Both the position numbers and the translations under genes were made by a program. The notes beneath the pieces were generated by a model that was not told where the DNA came from, did not search any database, and worked only from the letters and a program-made list of their open reading frames with translations. Positions 59,653 through 64,000 of a stretch of 64,000 bases of DNA are shown here, in pieces (the first letter of the stretch is position 1; every line of letters starts with the position of its first letter). The stretch is from positions 352,001 to 416,000 of the forward strand of contig CAWFDF010000004.1 in assembly GCA_963814585.1 (NCBI GenBank). The letters run 5' to 3'. Source of the stretch: an uncultured delta proteobacterium. Lineage in GTDB: Bacteria; Myxococcota; Myxococcia; Myxococcales; Anaeromyxobacteraceae.

Positions 59653-62600
59653 CTAGGGCGTCCCGCCCAGGTCCTCGACCTCCTTGCGGATGTCGTCGGC
59701 GTCGTCGGCGTCCGGCCTGAGCGCCAGGTAGGCCTTGAACTCGGCCACGGCGCGCGCCCTCGCGCCCTTCTCCTTGTAGGCGTGGCCCAGGTAGTAGTGC
59801 GGCATGGGGTTGGCCTTCTCGGCCACCGCCGCCTTCTCGTACCAGGGCAGGGCCGCCGCCGCCCCCTGGGTCTCGTGGAGCGCCCGGGCCAGCTTGTACG
59901 GCACCGAGACCTCGGCCGGATCGGCCTTGATCACCTCGCGGTAGAGCTTGACGGCCTCGGCCCCCTTGCGGTCCTTGAGGCGGCAGTCGGCCAGCTCCAC
60001 CTTGAAGCGCGAGACCTTCGGGGCGATGGCCAGCGCCTTCTCGAAGCATGGGATGGCCAGCTTGCAGTCGCCGTGGCCGGCATAGAGCAGCCCCAGCCGC
60101 TCCAGCGGGTCGGTGAACCTCGGGTCGGCGGCGGCCGCCACCTTGTAGGTCTCGGCCGCCTCCTCGGCGGCGTTGCTCCGCTCCAGGGCGATGCCGAGGT
60201 GGAGCTGGTACACGGCATTGCCGGGCTCCTGCTCCACGGCGCGGCGCAGGCGCGCCAGGGCGGGGGAGCTCCCCCTTGGCCAGCAGCGCCCGGCCCAGCC
60301 AGTGCTGCCCTTCCGCGAGGTTGGGGTCGAGGCCGGTCCCCAGCGTGAGCGCCTCGAGCGCCCCGGCCACGTCGCCGCGGAGCAGCTTCACCGCCCCCAG
60401 CCGGACCTGCGTCGGCGCGTCCCTGGGAGCCAGCTGTGCCGCGGCGGCGAAGCTCCCCTCGGCCCCTGCCAGGTCGCCGGCCTTCCACTGCAGGCTCCCG
60501 AGCGCCGCGTGGGCCCGGGCGTTGCGCGGCTCGAGCGCCAGCACCTTCTCCAGCCCGGCCCGGGCCGCGACCTCGTCGCCCCGGGCCTGCGCCAGCTGGG
60601 CCAGCCCCAGCTCGGCGCCGGCGTACTCGGGATCGAGCTGCAGCGCCGCCTGGTAGGCGGTCGCGGCGCCGGCCGCATCCCCCTGGGCCGCCCTCAGATC
60701 GCCCAGCGCCGCCTGCGCCGCCGGGTCGCGCGGCCCCTTCTCGACCGCGACGGCCAGCGCCGTCTCGGCGGCCGCCAGGTCCTTCTCGCCGAGCGCCAGC
60801 CGGCCGACGGCGACGCGCAGCGCCACGTCGCCCGGGGCCCTGGTCACGGCCTCCTCGTAGAGCTTCCGGGCCTCGGCGGGCTTGGCCTGGGCCTCCAGCA
60901 CCAGCCCCTTGGCCGCCAGCAGCTGCGGGTTTCCCGGTGATCGTGCCAGCGCGGCCTCCGCCAGCTGGGAGGCGTCGAGCACCCGCCCGGCCTCCGCCAG
61001 CGACCGGACCCGCAGCTCGGCCACCGCCGGATCTCCGGCGGCGGCGCCGGCCAGCGGCTCCAGCGCGGCGACCGCCGCGGCCGGATCACCGCGCTTCAGC
61101 CGGAGGCGGGCCAGCGCGAGCCGCAGCCCGGGCTGCCTGGGGTCGAGCGCCAGCGCGGCCTCGTAGGCCTCCGCGGCGGCGACCGCGGTGGCGGCCCGGC
61201 GCCCCAGCAGCGCGGCCTGGATCCCCAGCGCCCGGGCCCGCTCACCGGGGCCGAGGCGTGGCTCCGCGTCCTTGGCGAGCAGCGCCTCGAGCGCCTGGCC
61301 CACCGCCTCCGCCTCCCCGGCCGCCTCGGCCAGCGAGGCCTGCTCCAGCACCGTGGGGAGGTGGCCGGGCGACCGGGCCAGCGCCTTCTCGAACCAGCCG
61401 CGCGCGCCGGCGACGTCACCGCGAGCGGCGGCCGCCCGACCCAGCGCCCGGGCCGCCCGCGCCGTGCCAGGCTGCGCCGCCTCGAGCCGCTGGAAGAGGC
61501 CCTCCGCCCGGGCCGCGTCGCCGCGCAGCAGGGCCGCCTCACCCAGCAGGTCGAGCCCCTCGGGCGTGGGCCCGCCCTTCACCTTCTCCGCGGCCGCCTC
61601 GGCGGCCGCCAGCGCCGGACCCCCGTCGAGCGTGGCGACGGCCAGCGCCGCGAGCGCCGTGGCCGGGTCCTCCGGCTCCTTGGACACCAGGGCGCTGGTG
61701 AGCGTCCGGGCCTGCTGCGTGGCCGGCGCCGGGGCGGCGTGGCGCCGGTCGAGCGCCGCCACCGCCACGGCCTGGAGCGCGGCCACGGCCGTCTCGCGGT
61801 CATCGGCGCGCAGCGCCTGCTCGGCCGCGGCCAGCGCGGCCCGGTCCGAGAGCAGGTCGTCGCGGGAGAGCAGCTCGCGCGCCTGCGTCACCAGCTGGTC
61901 GACCCGGGCCTTCTCCCCCGAGCCGCGCAGCGCCTTGTAGAAGAAGAAGCCGTGCCGGGTGAGCACCCCCGTCGATCCGGCGCCGAGGACCAGCAGCACC
62001 ACGCCCGCCGCGATGGCCGCCTTGAACCAGCGCGGCCGGCTGGTGACCGCGGGCACCTCCCCGGTCACCTTGGCGGCCGCCATGCGATCGCCGAAGGGGA
62101 CGCCGGCCAGCGCGGCCGGCCGCCTCGGCTGCCCGCCCAGCTCGTCGGGCGTGCCGGTGAGCGTCCGCATCGCCTCGGCGAACTTCGGCACCGAGCCGAT
62201 CGGGTCCCACACCCCACCTCCGTCGGAGGAGATGTCCTCGTTGCCGAGCAACTCACCCTTGGTGACCATCGAGACGATCTGCTCCGCCTCGAACGGCCCG
62301 AAGACCCTGCCGGATCTCCGCCGCACCTTGTAGCCACCCGCGGCCGCGGCCGGGCCGGACGGGGTGGAGCGGACCGGCTCTCCGAAGAGCGGCTCGAGGT
62401 CACCGTCGCCCGCCGCCGGGGGCGAGGCGGGTGGCGGCGCCGCGCCGGGGGACGGCGGCGTGGCGGCCGGGATCGTGGGCGTCGAGAGCTCCAGCGAGGC
62501 GAAGGGATCGTCCTCCGGCGCCGGAACCGGGAACGGGTCGGACGGGGCCGGCGGGGCCTCGGCGGGCTCGGCGAAGTCCACCTCGCCGAAGCCGAGCGGC

Positions 62601-63247
62601 TCGGACGGGACCGGGAGCGGCTCCTGCGGCGGCGCCGGAGGGAGCGTCACCGGCCGGGGCGCCTCGACGGCCGCGGCGAACGGCGAGTCGACCGCGGCGA
62701 ACGGCGAGTCGGCCGCAGCGAACGGCGAGTCGGCCGCAGCGAACGGCGAGTCGGCCGGGGCGAACGGCGAGTCGGCCGGGGCGAACGGCGAGTCGGCCGG
62801 GGCGAACGGGCTGTCGGCGGCGGCGCCGGTGGCGAACGGGGAGCCGGCGGAGGCGGCCGGCGCCAGCGGCCCTGGCGGCGTGGCGCGCGCCGGCGGCGCC
62901 TCGAACGGCCCGGGAGCGGGCAGCGGCACCGCCGGCGGGGCCTCCGGCGGCCTGGGCCTCGGCGGCGGCGGGCTGGCCAGGCGCGGCGGCGCCGGGAGCG
63001 GCACGCCCGCCGGCGCGACGGCGCGGGGGACCGCGGGCGGGGTGAGGGCGGGGGGCGCGGCCGGCGGCGGCGTGAAGGACGTCGGAGCCGGCAGCGGCAC
63101 CGCGGTGGAGGCGGCCTCGCCGGCACCGGCCCGGCGCACCGGGAAGGACTGCTGGCACTTGGGGCAGCGGACGTTGCTGCCGCCCTCGGGGATGCGCCCG
63201 TCGTCGACGTGGTAGGCGGCGCTGCAGTGCGGGCAGGTGACCCTCAT
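59653..63247 (-). CDS. Zinc-ribbon / GYF_2 / TM / TPR protein, frameshifted near 60265 (probably one gene)
   Basis: CPHC...VRCPKC, Pro-rich linker, VFGPF...GELLG.E.IS...W.PI (GYF_2-like), one TM, many TPRs; TPRs continue in the 59653..60237 frame. Confidence 0.82.
62672..62840 (-). repeat. 21-bp coding tandem repeat (DSPFA[P/A]A), about 7 copies
   Basis: GCGAACGGCGAGTCGGCCG(GG/CA) units inside the TPR gene linker. Confidence 0.9.
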
Positions 63248-63253
63248 GATCGG

Positions 63254-64000
63254 TTACCCCTCGGGCTCGAAGCGGCGCTTCAGTTCCAGGTAGCTGACGT
63301 AGTCGGCGGCCAGGGAGGAGTCGCGGCCCACGCTCCCCTCCGGCATGAGCCGCGCGTGCAGCAGCTCGGAGACGACGCGGGATGGCTGCTCCACCGAGAG
63401 CTCGCCGACCTCGGCGATCTCACCCGCGGCCAGCGCGGCGAAGCGGGGCCTCAGCTCGGCGTAGCGCAGGAAGGCGTCGACCACCTCGGCCGGCGCCAGC
63501 TGCGACCTGGATCCCACCTCCCGGACCAGCCGGTCGTGGCGCAGCCGCTGCCAGAGCGCCTCGCCGTCCTGCTCGACGCCGGCCCGGGCCGCCAGCGCGG
63601 CGCCGTCGAGCCCGGCCGGGATGGGCCGGAAGCCATCCTCGCCCGGCGCTCCGGCCAGCGCCCGCAGCAGGGCCACCGCCCGGCAGGCGTCGTCGGCCGA
63701 GAGGAAGTCGCGGATCTGCCGGTTGGCCTCGCGCAGCCGGCGCGACAGCCGGCGCAGGATCCTGAGCGCCACCTCGCCGCGCTCCGTCACCATCCGCTCG
63801 AAGGCCGCCTCGTCCAGCTCCAGCAGCCGGGCCGCCTCGTCCACCACGGCCGCGGCGGAGCGGGGCTGGTGGTCGAGCAGCGCCATCTCGCCGAAGAACT
63901 CGCCGGCGCCGAGCAGCGCCAGCGTCACCTGGCGGGGGCCGTTCCGCTTCACGATCCGGACACGTCCCGACTGGATGACGTAGAGCCGGCTCCCCGGATC
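63254..64000 (-). CDS. Cyclic-nucleotide-binding (Crp/Fnr-like) protein, 5' truncated by window edge
   Basis: LYVIQSGRVRI, GEFFGEMALLD..PRSA. Confidence 0.85.
   Translation of the reverse strand, partial: DPGSRLYVIQSGRVRIVKRNGPRQVTLALLGAGEFFGEMALLDHQPRSAAAVVDEAARLLELDEAAFERMVTERGEVALRILRRLSRRLREANRQIRDFLSADDACRAVALLRALAGAPGEDGFRPIPAGLDGAALAARAGVEQDGEALWQRLRHDRLVREVGSRSQLAPAEVVDAFLRYAELRPRFAALAAGEIAEVGELSVEQPSRVVSELLHARLMPEGSVGRDSSLAADYVSYLELKRRFEPEG

Overview
This is a very GC-rich bacterial chromosomal window. Its gene content suggests an Anaeromyxobacter-like myxobacterium (inference from a TIGR04551-like protein, a zinc-ribbon/GYF/TPR protein, a triheme c7 cytochrome and spmAB). Most of it is housekeeping: SSS transporter, AmmeMemoRadiSam, tRNA-Arg(TCG), rfbBD, tldDE, rnz, transaldolase, kdsD, folK, argH-lysA-dapA-dapB, mce and tolC. 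The best candidate for an undescribed system is a LexA-independent, PafBC-like damage-response module. An inositol-monophosphatase/ADP-ribosylglycohydrolase fusion is translationally coupled to two WYL regulators and followed by exonuclease III (14.6-19.4 kb). About 26 kb away, an HNH endonuclease gene has a leaderless promoter with a TGTCAG-N10-GA-N3-T motif, a near match to the mycobacterial PafBC (RecA-NDp) box. That HNH gene lies among structured MITE-like repeats, a minisatellite and an IS91-like relic. Other signals are tandem RegA/PrrA-type boxes upstream of the c7 cytochrome, a Tat-exported TldD, a CoA-binding/lipocalin in-frame fusion, an HEXXGH peptidase-like protein and an 85-bp 3'-end gene duplication. 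Several small frameshifts suggest assembly indel errors. All family calls come from motif recognition by eye, not database searches.
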